Origin: Utricularia gibba
Lineage: Eukaryota; Plantae; Magnoliophyta
Reading direction: 5' to 3'
DNA: 64,000 nucleotides
NCBI GenBank assembly: GCA_002189035.1
Contig: NEEC01000020.1
Coordinates: forward strand, 930,001 to 994,000
The notes beneath the pieces are model-generated. The model was not told the origin of the DNA, ran no database searches, and was given only the letters and a program-made list of their open reading frames with translations. Positions 11,844 through 25,882 of this stretch are shown here, one piece after another. Position 1 is the first letter of the stretch, and every line of letters begins with the position of its first letter. Both the position numbers and the translations under genes were made by a program.

Positions 11844-13196
11844 ATGGCGTCTGTTCGTGTTTCTTTCCTGCTTTTGTTCCTGTGGGTTTCAGCTACCTGT
11901 GTTGTTTCTCAGCGCCTTCCGGCGGCGGAGCAAGAAGGAGTTTACAGGGTGTTGGAGGCGGTCAACGCCGCCAATGACTGGCGGACTCTGTTTCCAGACG
12001 ATCTCTGCGTCTCTGCCCCGCACGGTGTCGTTTGCGACGTTTTCGAAGCAGGGGAAGCCCATGTGACAGAGCTCAGCTTCGGTTACGTTTCTGATTTCTC
12101 GCCCAACCCAGCATGCGATGCTAACGCTACCTTCGATAGTTCGCTACTGAAGGCGTTCACGTATCTGAGGAAGTTGTTCTTCTATGAATGTTTCACTGTG
12201 AGAGAAGTCCCATTTCCAGATTTCTCTACGGGATTCGCTACTGAGTTACAAGAACTGGTTTTTATGCGGAACCCAAGACTAGCTGGGTCCATTGAAAGGA
12301 AAATCAATAACCTGCACAACTTGAGAAAGTTGGTTTTGAGTGGAAACGGCGTTTCTTGGGGTGGGTTTCATGGTTTGGTGAATCTGGAGCAGCTTACTTT
12401 ATCAAGAAACAAGTTTGAAGGTGAGCTGGAGATGAACATTTTTCACAACATGAAGAAACTCAAAGTTCTTGACTTAAGTGACAATGGTTTCCACGGAAGG
12501 GTTCCAGATTCAGTTGGAAGTTTAAGTGAATTACTGAAGCTTGATCTCAGCTTCAACAGCTTCTCAGGACGAATCCCAGAGTTCCTAAAGAACCTAAAGA
12601 GCTTAGAGTTTCTAGATTTGAGTCATAACCGCTTTGGAGAATTTGGTTTGTCTGTGTTCTTGTCTGAAATGCCTTCTCTAAAGGAAGTTTATTTAAGCAA
12701 CAATCATCTGGGAGGCAAGATTCCTGAGATATGGGAGAATCTTGGAGGAATCAAAGGACTTGGGTTGTCTTCAATGGGTCTTGTTGGCAGTATTCCAAAA
12801 TCTATGGGTTCAAATTTGAGAAACTTATCCTACTTGGGTCTTCAAAACAACAGTCTTGAAGGTGTAATACCTGAGGAGTTTGAAGCTCTGGAGAAGCTGA
12901 ATGAACTCAACTTGGGGAACAACCGGCTAACTGGGAAGCTTCCATTTTCTGCAACATTCCTATCGAGGCTGGGGATGAAACTCAACGTGGAGGGCAATTT
13001 GGACGTTTGCGTGGGTGAAAGCTTGAATTTTGTCAGAGTCAAAGCCATTGGAGGGCTCAAAGCCTGCAAACAAACGCAACTTCCCCATAACGCCCTTCTG
13101 CAATCATCATCCAGTCCTTCTCATGCATCATTCGTTGCTTCAGGGTTTTCATTTTCTTTCTTATTTTGCCTAGGAATGATGTCTTTGTTCTTTTGA
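11844..13196 (+). CDS. LRR receptor-like protein, PII-2/TMM-like (450 aa, single exon)
   Basis: ATG at 11844 followed by a signal peptide. N-cap EQEGVYRVLEAVN...WRTLFPDDLCVSAPHGVVC, repeated plant LRRs (LxxLxLSxNxFxGxIP), and a Ser-rich then hydrophobic C-terminus (GPI or TM anchor). No kinase domain. Confidence 0.9.
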   Translation: MASVRVSFLLLFLWVSATCVVSQRLPAAEQEGVYRVLEAVNAANDWRTLFPDDLCVSAPHGVVCDVFEAGEAHVTELSFGYVSDFSPNPACDANATFDSSLLKAFTYLRKLFFYECFTVREVPFPDFSTGFATELQELVFMRNPRLAGSIERKINNLHNLRKLVLSGNGVSWGGFHGLVNLEQLTLSRNKFEGELEMNIFHNMKKLKVLDLSDNGFHGRVPDSVGSLSELLKLDLSFNSFSGRIPEFLKNLKSLEFLDLSHNRFGEFGLSVFLSEMPSLKEVYLSNNHLGGKIPEIWENLGGIKGLGLSSMGLVGSIPKSMGSNLRNLSYLGLQNNSLEGVIPEEFEALEKLNELNLGNNRLTGKLPFSATFLSRLGMKLNVEGNLDVCVGESLNFVRVKAIGGLKACKQTQLPHNALLQSSSSPSHASFVASGFSFSFLFCLGMMSLFF

Positions 13197-14471
13197 AGAT
13201 TGAGACCTTTGTTTTTTGACCTTTTTCTTAACTGTATATATGATGAATCTCAAGTTTTATGAGGTTTTCTGACAAGTTGGCAACGGAATTATGTCAAAAA
13301 ACTGAGGCAACGGGTTCCGAAGATTTTATTGGGAATATCCCGTTGGCTGTGTACAGGGGATTGCGGAACAGACCTGAGCTCCGCCGGCGGCCGTGAGGAG
13401 CGTACACAACTACCCTCTGATGAATCGGAGAAACAAACCATGATACGTTTTCAGTCTTTCCCAAGTGATATCATCATTTGCCAATGGTCTGGAACGATCA
13501 TGATCTATCTATGTTTCGCATTGCGCGTCCTTTCTTCTGCGGTGTCGGCCCGTGAAGAACAGCTGAGGCTCAGGAAGATATGGCCTACAAACGGAGCCCA
13601 TTGCGCCTGATTTTCGTTGATCCTTCTTTCTTCTTTGGTGTCTCATCGCCGGTGCTGCCGGATGGATCTCAGCATTTGCAGGGAAGGAATACAGTTTAAG
13701 AATCTGCTGAAACTACCTTCGGCAGCGCCTGTGGTTTCTACATCTCTCATCATGGTTCAAGCAATTCACTGAGGATTTGAATTCCTTTATACCAGGGGAT
13801 TGTATCGTGCAAACTCCTGACCATTCAGTCGCTGCCAACTTTATTTCAAATGGGAAAATAGAACTAACCTCGTATACAAGGGGATTGTCATTGAACATGA
13901 GCAACTTGGCATTTCTTCTACACTGTACTGTAGGGAGTCGAGTTTGCATTTCTTCTTCCCCTCGTACTCTGGAATGGACCTTTTAAACGAAATCTGAATT
14001 ACAGGGGACACGTGTGCTAAAATGAAACTGTACCGACTACTTCACAAATGTATCTGAGCCTTTGAAGAGGCCCTTCAAGCAGGTTGGCATTTTCTACCAG
14101 CCTTTACTGTTTCTGGCTACAGAAACACCAACGAACTGCGTGATTTGGAATTGGAGCTAATGTAAATCATGATGATGATAGCAGAACAATGAGGGCATGA
14201 ACATTCTGAGTGTATAAACAGTTTCAGTGGATGGACTTAAGATTCATCCATGGAACGGGGAATTCAGCATGTGGGGTTAATGAGGCAGAAAGAAGGGTTG
14301 GTTCTGAGAGTACATGGCTACAGGTTACCAAACATATACTACAAAAGCAATCGCACAATCAGTTACAGAGGACGCAGCCAATAACAAAGAGAATTCAGAT
14401 GGATTACTTCAACAAATACTTGTACCAACTGAATGGTGCTTAAAAGATATTAGTTGGAGCTCTAGCGATCA

Positions 14472-15749
14472 TTAAGACGCCTTGAGAGCATCCATACCAA
14501 TGCTAGCCTGCAGGAAAATGCAGTGAATCATTGTTTGACTTCATCTAAGACGATCAATCAGAAATTCTAATGTGGAGATTCTTGAGTGCATTGAATTTCT
14601 TACCAAGAATTTGTGGTTATTCTCGAGTAATGGTGAGAAAGTGTTGCAGAACTTCTCAATGTCACCATAGATATCACCAGATCCACCCACCACATCTAAT
14701 AATTTCTTCCTGTCAGGAGCAAACTTCATGGCAATCTGTAACTCCAGCAGTTCCCCAATCACACACATGTCAAGAAGCTGTGGTAAAGATGTGAGGAAGC
14801 TGATTAATCAAAAGGTTTCAGATTGTTCACCGAGAAGCTTGAACTTGCAAGCCAGCCATGCCATTGTTTCAGTGTCTTATTGTAAGAATCAGTACACGCT
14901 TGAGACAATGTCCAGTCGTGATGCAGAAACAGATTCCGAAACAACTCAACTAAGAAATCCATTGCTCTACAATGCACATATGCTTAGTATAAGCAAATCA
15001 AACATTAAATTTTGCACGTTCTTATGAGCTAATGAGATAGCAATCTATACCTCGTCAGCCACAGAAGACCAGTCGTACAACTTGTAGGGCCCTTTGCAGT
15101 CTTTTCATCTTCTTCTTCCACCATGGTGTACAGGTGATTATACTTTTCTGGGTTGGAAAAATATTTCTTCTCTAATCTCTGAACCATAGATAAAGAAGTT
15201 TAAAGGATTTCCATCCGCAAAAACGCTCACCATACCACCTTAAAATAGACGCACTTGACAAGATTAAGGTGAACATATCTCACCGCTATGTTGCCACCAA
15301 TATCAGATTTCACAATTGTCATTGCAGTTCCGAACTTGTCTGTATACAAGCGAACTTTAGAGCATGCAAGAATTTCAGAATACCAAAGATCATAGAGCAG
15401 TAACCATCAACATACACAGACGTGTGGTGACACAGAGAGGAATTTACTGTGTACAAATGCATTATCATGCATCAAGATCGAACCAAACATATAAATAGAG
15501 TTCCAATGTTGCCGCCAGTTATACAACTATGTTGCACACTTGATACTAGTGCCTTTGATTCTACTCAGGAAAGGGAGAGATGTAAAAGTTGAAAGATTTG
15601 AAGATGAGATACCATGAATCCCTCAATATACCTAAAACAGGGAGTATAAGCTTGCACACATCCAGGAATGGCTTAGCCAGAATCACTCCATCTTCAGACT
15701 GGACATGCTTAAATCCATCCAGTGCAGGTGTGAAAGCCGTCCCCTCCAT
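14472..15749 (-). CDS. GLTP: Glycolipid transfer protein (201 aa, 6 coding exons)
   Basis: Exons 15749-15632, 15339-15284, 15178-15051, 14966-14831, 14735-14604 and 14507-14472 join in frame (606 nt). Motifs PFLDVC, DKFG.AM..VKSDIGGNI, GLLWLTRAMDFLVELFRNL, LKQWHGWLAS and APDRKK. Confidence 0.95.
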
Positions 15750-16252
15750 TTTTGTGCTGAGCTACACAGAGGTGAAAAATGCTGCCCATCAAGGGACTGA
15801 ATTGATTTCACTTATATGCCTCAACTAAGCACGACACAAAGAAGAGGTTAAACAACATTTCCGAACAATTCCTCCACTAGTTCTAGACTATATGACACAG
15901 AAATCACTGCATCAACTCCCTAAAAGTGGGGGGCACCTTGACATGAAGGCCAGATATCAAAAATCAAAGCTATAAGCAAATTACTAAAAAAGGACAGCTC
16001 AATAGATTAAACAGGAAGCAAGGCATGATTCAAGACGATTAGTTTCTTTTTTCAAGTGCCATCACTCCCTAATCATACAGTCCAGAATCCCACACACGTG
16101 AAAACCCACAAAGATGGAGATCCAGACTCACAGGCAAGGATCTAGCGACAGTGCAGATTTGGCGAAGACGTTGCTTCTCTGGTAGAACAAAACTAGGAAT
16201 AACTAGCGCACGCATAAAAATAAGATTTTAGCAGGTTGAGAATCTGATGCAA

Positions 16253-16271
16253 TTTTTTTTTTTTTTTTTTT
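16253..16271 (+). repeat. Poly-T tract (T19)
   Basis: Read directly from the sequence, upstream of the GLTP 5' region. Confidence 0.9.
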
Positions 16272-16849
16272 GCCACTGTTGATAATTATGGATTTTTTTT
16301 TCATTTCTTAATCTTATCCAATTCACTTTAGTAAAAAAAAAAAAAGTTTAACAAATAAAATAAACGTAGTAAATAAAAACGAGACAAGAAAATCTTGTCT
16401 GGAAATTATCGAAAGCCAAAGGATAATGTTGTTTTCTGACAAGAATGCAAAAATTGTAGTTGTTGTCTTCGACATGAAGAAGACACTTTTTTTTCTCATT
16501 ATGAAGTATTTGCAAGGTTTAAAAAAAAATTATGGAGACAATTGAAGTAAAATTCAGGATAATCAACTAAAAAAGATTGATGAGTTGAAGGTGATATTTT
16601 AACAATGTTCTAACATTAAGCATACCTCGTATGCTGCATAAAAGTCGGAACCCATCTTTATGAGTCGTTTATAAAACTATTCATGCTTCATTTTCTTCAC
16701 ACACAATCAACAAAAAAAATTACACATAGGATAAGTAGTTTTCTCACACAAGTCATTTGTTAGTAGATTTCAAAATCACCTCCATCCCCACCGTCAATAA
16801 TTTACATCTATCTAGTAATCTTATAGTAAATTATCAAAATAATATCGGT

Positions 16850-17500
16850 TGTTGGATCATTGATATAGGAGCCACTACATGTGTGAGCTTCTAGAAAGAT
16901 AACTTTACCTCCTTATGGTTGCTTTGAGTTCCAATGAAGATTCATTTTTGAAATGGGAGTACTTATACAATGAAATATGAAGGGGATATTATACAATGTA
17001 AATTCATGGATGAAAGAAATTTATTTATACATGAATTTAAATAGAATTTTAAAAAAAGCTTAGTGAAATGACTCTACTAGCTGGATTCATCTTTTGCAAA
17101 GAATAGTTCCCCTTCTTTTGTGTTAAGAAGATATCCACTATTTTCTTGCAAGTATTTTGTATGCTAGTGCTGATTTCTCTAAACCAATTCTAATGGTATA
17201 TGTGATTAGGGCATGCACCAGCACATATTATGAGAAAGTTGAATTAATATCTTTAAAAGAGGAATTAAACTTGAAACCTTGTAAATATTGTCAAGCAAGT
17301 AGACAAGTTGGTTTATCTTTTAATACTAGTGATGGTGTTGTAGGAGACTTATTGGAAAAGCTCCAAATGGATGTATGGGGGCAATACAAGATATGTACTT
17401 TATCTAATACTTGTTTGATTGAAATTTTTCTAATCAATGAAATTCTTCCAATCAGTGATTTTTCTTTATGAGGGAATATATTTTTCCCTGTTTATCTTGT
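16850..17500 (+). mobile_element. Decayed Ty1/Copia pol relic (protease to integrase)
   Basis: CWIIDIGAT (protease), LGHAP (pre-integrase), and KPCKYCQASRQVGLSF...LEKLQMDVWGQY (integrase zinc finger and start of the core). Confidence 0.7.
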
Positions 17501-18012
17501 TTCTACAATTTACATTCTCGACATAGATAACTTTGGAATTGATTGAAATTGCATTTGTAGGATGTCAAGCGAGAGCTTGTCAATCTCAAGAAAAACAGTT
17601 CTGTTTCATAGATTTATAGCTACCCAGATAAGTTTGCTTCAAACTATAAGAAATTTTAACCTTTTGTTGTCATCTAGTATTCTGAACAAGTGTGATACGG
17701 AAACTGCATTTCAGTTATTTCATGTTAAATCTGTTCTCCGTTTTTGCCCTGATGAACTAGAGGCTCTTTGCATTTACAGGTTGGAAGCAATCTTTGTTTT
17801 CAATTCTTGGTTAAATTACAAATAAAGTTGCCTTGATGAACCATGGCAAGGTTACAACAATTTTTCTAATTTTCAGATATTTATGTTGTTCACCTTGATA
17901 ATGCGAGGGAGTTAAATGACAAGTGAAATTGGTGCTGAATTCGCAATGTACATCTAGAATATGGTTAAGGCCACTGCAGTAAATAAAGTCTTTGGTAATT
18001 TGTTAGCCTTGG

Positions 18013-20748
<2,736 letters not shown>

Positions 20749-20899
20749 CAGAAAACTTCTCTTACATACGATTCAAAGGCATTCTCCCACAACAACATTC
20801 ATATAAATCCATCACAGAAATAACTGAAATGCTGACAAAAAAATCATCAACAAGAAATCAAAGATTCCACATTTCCCAAAAAAGAAAAGAACGAAATCA

Positions 20900-21550
20900 A
20901 TAGGGTATTGACAAAAAAACAATGACAGCGGTGCAACAGGCGAAAAGATCGGTGCTGACAAAAAAATTAGTTTGTCTTCGAATCTTAAAACAACATAGGG
21001 GTGATGAAGAAAAAGATCCCTGGTAATCACTACCACTCACTGTATTCGGAATGCATTAATCAGAAGCATTAACTCCATACAATCTACATGGAAAAAAGAA
21101 GAAGAGAAGAAATCAAAAGAGAATGGACCAAAAAATGAATATGCAAAAGGATCAGTTCTAGGAAGAGAGACGGTTGGCAGAAAAAAATGGTTTGCCTTCA
21201 AATTTTTAAAAAAATATTAAGGTAATTAAGGGAAAGTTCCTGGAAATCACAGCCACTCACTTTATTCGGAATGCATTAATCAGAAGCATTAACCCCATAA
21301 GTTATATTGAATTTGAGTGCATTCTCACCAACAGAAAAAAGAAGAAACAAAAAGGGAATTGACAAAAAAACACGGCAGCGGTGCAAGAGGCAAAAGGATC
21401 GGCTTTGCTTGCAGAAAAAATCGGTTTGCCATCAACTCTTGAAACAGGATAAAGATAATTAAGGAAAAGCCCGAAAATCACAACAACTAACTTTATTCGC
21501 CATATGCATTCTAACGAATTTCAGTGCATTCTCACCAACAGAAAAAAGGG
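20900..21550. repeat. Diverged triplication of an approximately 220-230 bp unit upstream of the NDR kinase
   Basis: ccactcact.tattcggaatgcattaatcagaagcattaac at 21033 and 21253, with a weaker copy at 21484. ttgacaaaaaaac...cagcggtgcaa.aggc.aaa.gatcgg at 20908 and 21359. gtgcattctcaccaacagaaaaaa near 21316 and 21523. Confidence 0.8.
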
Positions 21551-22636
21551 TAACCAGATGTCTGAGACGTAGTTGAACATATGCCTTAAAGAATCTTCTG
21601 TCATAATACGGTTATAATGTAGAGCTTTGGTACCTTCTTCACACACCGCTGTGCGATCCAAGATATCCCTGCTCAAGTTTGCAAGTTCACTGTGCTGCAA
21701 TAGCCTTCTCCCACACTTTTCTTCTTGCAGCCTCATGTGTAAGAGCTCCGCTTGGCAGTTGGGAGGATGTTGCCAGCACCCACCACGACAATTGACATGG
21801 AAAGCGCCAACCTTGATGGGTCTTACCAAATCAAATCCTTAAACAACACAAAAAGAAAAAAGAACAATTATACTGATTAGTTATACGGAAATAATTTTTT
21901 ATACAACATACCATCATAACATAGCACAATTTTGATTTATTTTTATATATTCAATAAAATCATAAAATTATTATGAGAGTTAAGAAAATAAAACCACCCA
22001 AAGCCATTTTTTATTGGAAAATTTACGCCAATAGTTCCTACTATTTATCCAAATGGTATAATTAGTCCCTTGAAATAACGTTTTAGTCTCCGTTATTTCA
22101 AAATCATTTATAATTGATCATTATTATTTCAAAATTGGGTAAAAAGTGTTCACACTATTTACACTAATCACAATATCAATCCCCAATTTTAAACCCTAAT
22201 TTTTCTACAATTCAGTTTTGCTATTTTCGACCTATTGCCAACAGCGGTCGAATGGTGGTCGGAGAAAACGAGTACCAATTTTACCAAATTATTAAACAAT
22301 TGGTTAAATGTATCTGATTTTTTAATATTGAGTACCAATTATAATGGTATTTAAATAGTAGAAATAAAAAATGATTAAAGTAAAAAATATTGAAAATTAA
22401 CTATATTCAATACGTTAAAAGTTGGGGACTAAATATATTTAAATACGTCAAATGTTGGGATTAAATATGCCAATGTGTACTATTTATGTTATTTTCATTA
22501 AACATTAGGGATTAATCATTTCAATTTTAAAAACTTTAGGCCAGGGATTATGTGGTCGAGTGACTTTTTTTTTATTATGAGAATTAAAAAAGAGAATAAA
22601 AATATTCTGGAAATTCGAAATAGGGTCGATAAATTA

Positions 22637-22671
22637 TGGGCTTATACCATTGGTTTATATGGGCTTGGGCT
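22637..22671 (+). promoter_or_regulatory. Three site II motifs (TGGGCT) in the NOP10 promoter
   Basis: TGGGCT at 22637, 22660 and 22666. TCP-binding site II motifs are typical of ribosome-biogenesis gene promoters. Confidence 0.6.
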
Positions 22672-22827
22672 TTGACTATATTCTGCCCTAATCTCCTTTC
22701 GTCGTCTTCGTCCCTGACTGCTGAATACTGGTTTTCGCGTTCAACTGCGTTTGTTCGTTCATCTTCTCACTGATTTCTCTCCATCGCAGATTCGATTTAT
22801 ACTTTTTCAGGCTCATTGATTCAAAAA

Positions 22828-23692
22828 ATGTTGCTCCAGTTTTACATCAATGAAAACGGCGACAAAGTGTACACCACAAAGGTTCTTCGCGGCTTATCTT
22901 TTCCAGTTATTTATTTTCGGCGTTCTCCCTCTGTATTTAATGTGTGTTTTTTTTTTTTTTAAGTTAGAGAAGTTGGGGTTTAAAGTTTTTAATTTCTTGT
23001 TGGTGCCGTGTCTTCAGGTTTTAGTGTTACTTGTAGTTTACCGTAAAACTCTGTGACTTTGAGTTTTCAGCTTCGATTTTGTCTTTTGATGAATGTCTTG
23101 AACTATGTGAAGCATACTTAAGAATGAAAGTGGATGACTTTATGTTCAATTGTATGCCCTCTTGCAGAAGGAGTCTCCAATAGGCCTCGCTACTCAGTCT
23201 GCGCATCCTGGTAATTTTCTTTTTAGAAATGCTAATGAGTTGTTTAAAGGAAATCGCTTCCTGTAACTTTATTGATGGCATCATGTTATCCAGTCATTTG
23301 CCTACCTCATGCTGCTTCTCAAAATAATATTTTTACAATATATAATGCATGCTGTCTAAATTCTCTTCTCAAAATCCGCAAATAGAAGTCCAGTGCCCTT
23401 CTTCTTCATGTTATCTATCCATACGCATGCTTCGTACATTATTCCGATATGGGATTCAACTGCACATAACATTATGTTGAATAACTTTTTCACTATTTTG
23501 CAAGAGGACGCATGAACATCAATTCAAAATAAGACTCTCAACATCTACCAACAACTTATCCACACCTCTTATTCGTATTCTGTTATTTTTGCAGCCCGCT
23601 TTTCTCCTGATGATAAGTACTCAAGGCAGAGAGTTCTACTGAAGAAGCGGTTCGGTTTGCTCCCAACCCAACAACCAGCACCAAAGTACTAA
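22828..23692 (+). CDS. NOP10: H/ACA ribonucleoprotein complex subunit 3 (64 aa)
   Basis: Exons 22828-22881, 23168-23210 and 23595-23692 give [64 protein letters not shown]. This gene is absent from the ORF track. Confidence 0.96.
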
Positions 23693-25236
23693 GCAAGTGG
23701 GCCGTTATTCCATCAAAGTTCTCATCATTTTCTGATGAATATGCCTGTATGTAGTACTACTTCTTCTTGAGTTTACTAGCCAGTGACATAGAAGATGAAT
23801 TCTGCTATGTTTTGTATTGGAGATTTTGTTCTGTAATTGAACCTATTCTTCCTGCCTGTGCATTGCTTCACTGTGATGGTCAATGACTAGGTTCAGTGCC
23901 CAAAGTGCAATGCCACATTTGTTCCATTAGTGCAAGAGCTGTCATTTCTTTCTGTCTTGCCAAACTGAGAACAACACCTGATATTCACTCGATCCCTGAA
24001 AGTTCTTTTACTGATTAATCCCGTTGCGTTGAAAGATTGATCGTATCTCTTGCTGTGAATAGCTTGTAGGATGGGATTTGTGTGTCCTCCATGCACTTAG
24101 CAAATTTCCACTTCGCGGCAACCAACTCAGCGGGGTGTTTGCAAAATACTTGTGATTTTTATTCGTAAAATATTTTAGTAAATATATCTTTTTGTTCATT
24201 ACACACGGGCGTGGAGTAAATTCTTTTTCTCACTAATATTTGATGAGATAATTTTATTGCGCAAGCAAATTTGTTTATTAGTGATATACATAATTTTTAC
24301 ATAACTTTTTCACATTGCTTTTTTGCATGTATATTCATACATATATGTAATATAATTCTTTTTTTTCATTCCACATAATATTATATTTGATTATTTAATT
24401 ACATATTATTTTTAAATCAATTAGTATAAATTTATTTTCTAAATTTCTAAAAATTGATTTAATAGAAATGCAATATTTTAATATTAATTAAAATTAATAA
24501 TTTGTAATACATATTAATATTTGGGAATTCATTGATGGTGTGTGTTTTACATAAGAAAAATTGTTTGAATTAATGCAAACGGTCTATATTTTTTAAATAC
24601 ATGAATAACATTCTATATAATAAATGAATAATGTTATTTGATATAGGATATGGGCATAACTCTACAATTTTACTAATTTAATTATGTGTTATTTAATATA
24701 TCACAAATTAACCTACAACTCAACTCCTTGGGCTTGTTTCTCTTTATTAGTTTAATTTTGGAAAAATTTTAGATTTTGAATTTGATTCAAAAATTCAAAT
24801 TTTGAGGATAATAATCAAATTTAGAAAATATTTTATTTAAAAAAAATCACTACTCACTAAAATTTTATAAAATCGATCTATCTTGAGTTAAGTAAAAAAA
24901 ATCTAGATTTTGATTTCAAGGATAAAATAATCTAATTTGAAACTTTAATTTTTTCTTAAATCTAACATTCTAATATTGAGATTATTTTTTCATATTTAAT
25001 TTTTAATATATGTCAATGAAACATATTGTTTTAATAAATACAATACATCTATTAAATACATATATTTTTTTTATCTTAAATCTATAAATAATTTTTTTTC
25101 TGATCCTAAATAATTTAAATTACCATAAATAGCAAACCCACAAATAATCGGCTCCCTTGTGTCTTGTATGAGCCACGGTTTGTGTTTGAGGTGATAGAGC
25201 ACGAATATTTTATCTCCCGGATCGGGCTTCCTCCTT

Positions 25237-25868
25237 TGATGAGTCCAGGAAGATAATGAAGAATATTTAAAGAATGATGAGGATGTTGTGCAAGTAAATA
25301 TATTAGAGACAAAAATAATTCCATTAGCACCAATTACAAGAAGTAAGAGTAAGATATTTGAAGCTAATCTCAAGGTTCTACTCAATACTATTGGAACCAA
25401 CATTGGATCTGAAGTATTACCATCAAAGGAGTTTAACTACTGGAGTCTACATCTATCTTAGAGCCCAAAACATCTTCTCATTCTTCATGTGTGTTCTTGG
25501 ACTTGTTAGACTTTTCTTTTTTCCTTAGTTTGAGCTTCGTAATGTTGAAGTCCAATTCTAGAGTATAATTAATCTAGAGATGTACTTTTTAAAGGATTTT
25601 TAGTTCATTTGATGTATTTTGTGAAGATTTTCCTCTTTTGAGTGTTTGAACACTCTTTACTTATCAAGCTTCGAGCATATGGTGTCATAGGATTATCACT
25701 TCCAATTCCTTTTCTTTTTGAAGTGTGACTTCTAATTCCCTTTCTTTTAAGGTTTGGTTGCAAGAGATTCATTCTCTTGAGGATAAACTTGAGTGGGTTC
25801 CTTTCTAAACTTCAAAATCATCTCTTGTTTGTGGGTTGCTAATCTCTTTAAATTAGAGGATCACATCA
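25237..25868 (+). repeat. 5' LTR of the CRM element (632 bp)
   Basis: TGATGAGTCC...GGATCACATCA, followed by TT and the primer site. Confidence 0.92.
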
Positions 25869-25870
25869 TT

Positions 25871-25882
25871 TGGTATCAGAGC
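25871..25882 (+). promoter_or_regulatory. Primer-binding site (tRNA-iMet)
   Basis: TGGTATCAGAGC directly after the 5' LTR. Confidence 0.9.

Noticed and set aside
22010-22520. Possible MITE between the NDR kinase and NOP10 (tagtccc/gggacta motifs)
   Set aside because: The termini and a target-site duplication could not be defined.
23730-24000. Possible C/D snoRNA downstream of NOP10 (TGATGA and CTGA words)
   Set aside because: Box spacing is poor, with no terminal stem and no identifiable rRNA guide. It is more simply 3' UTR.
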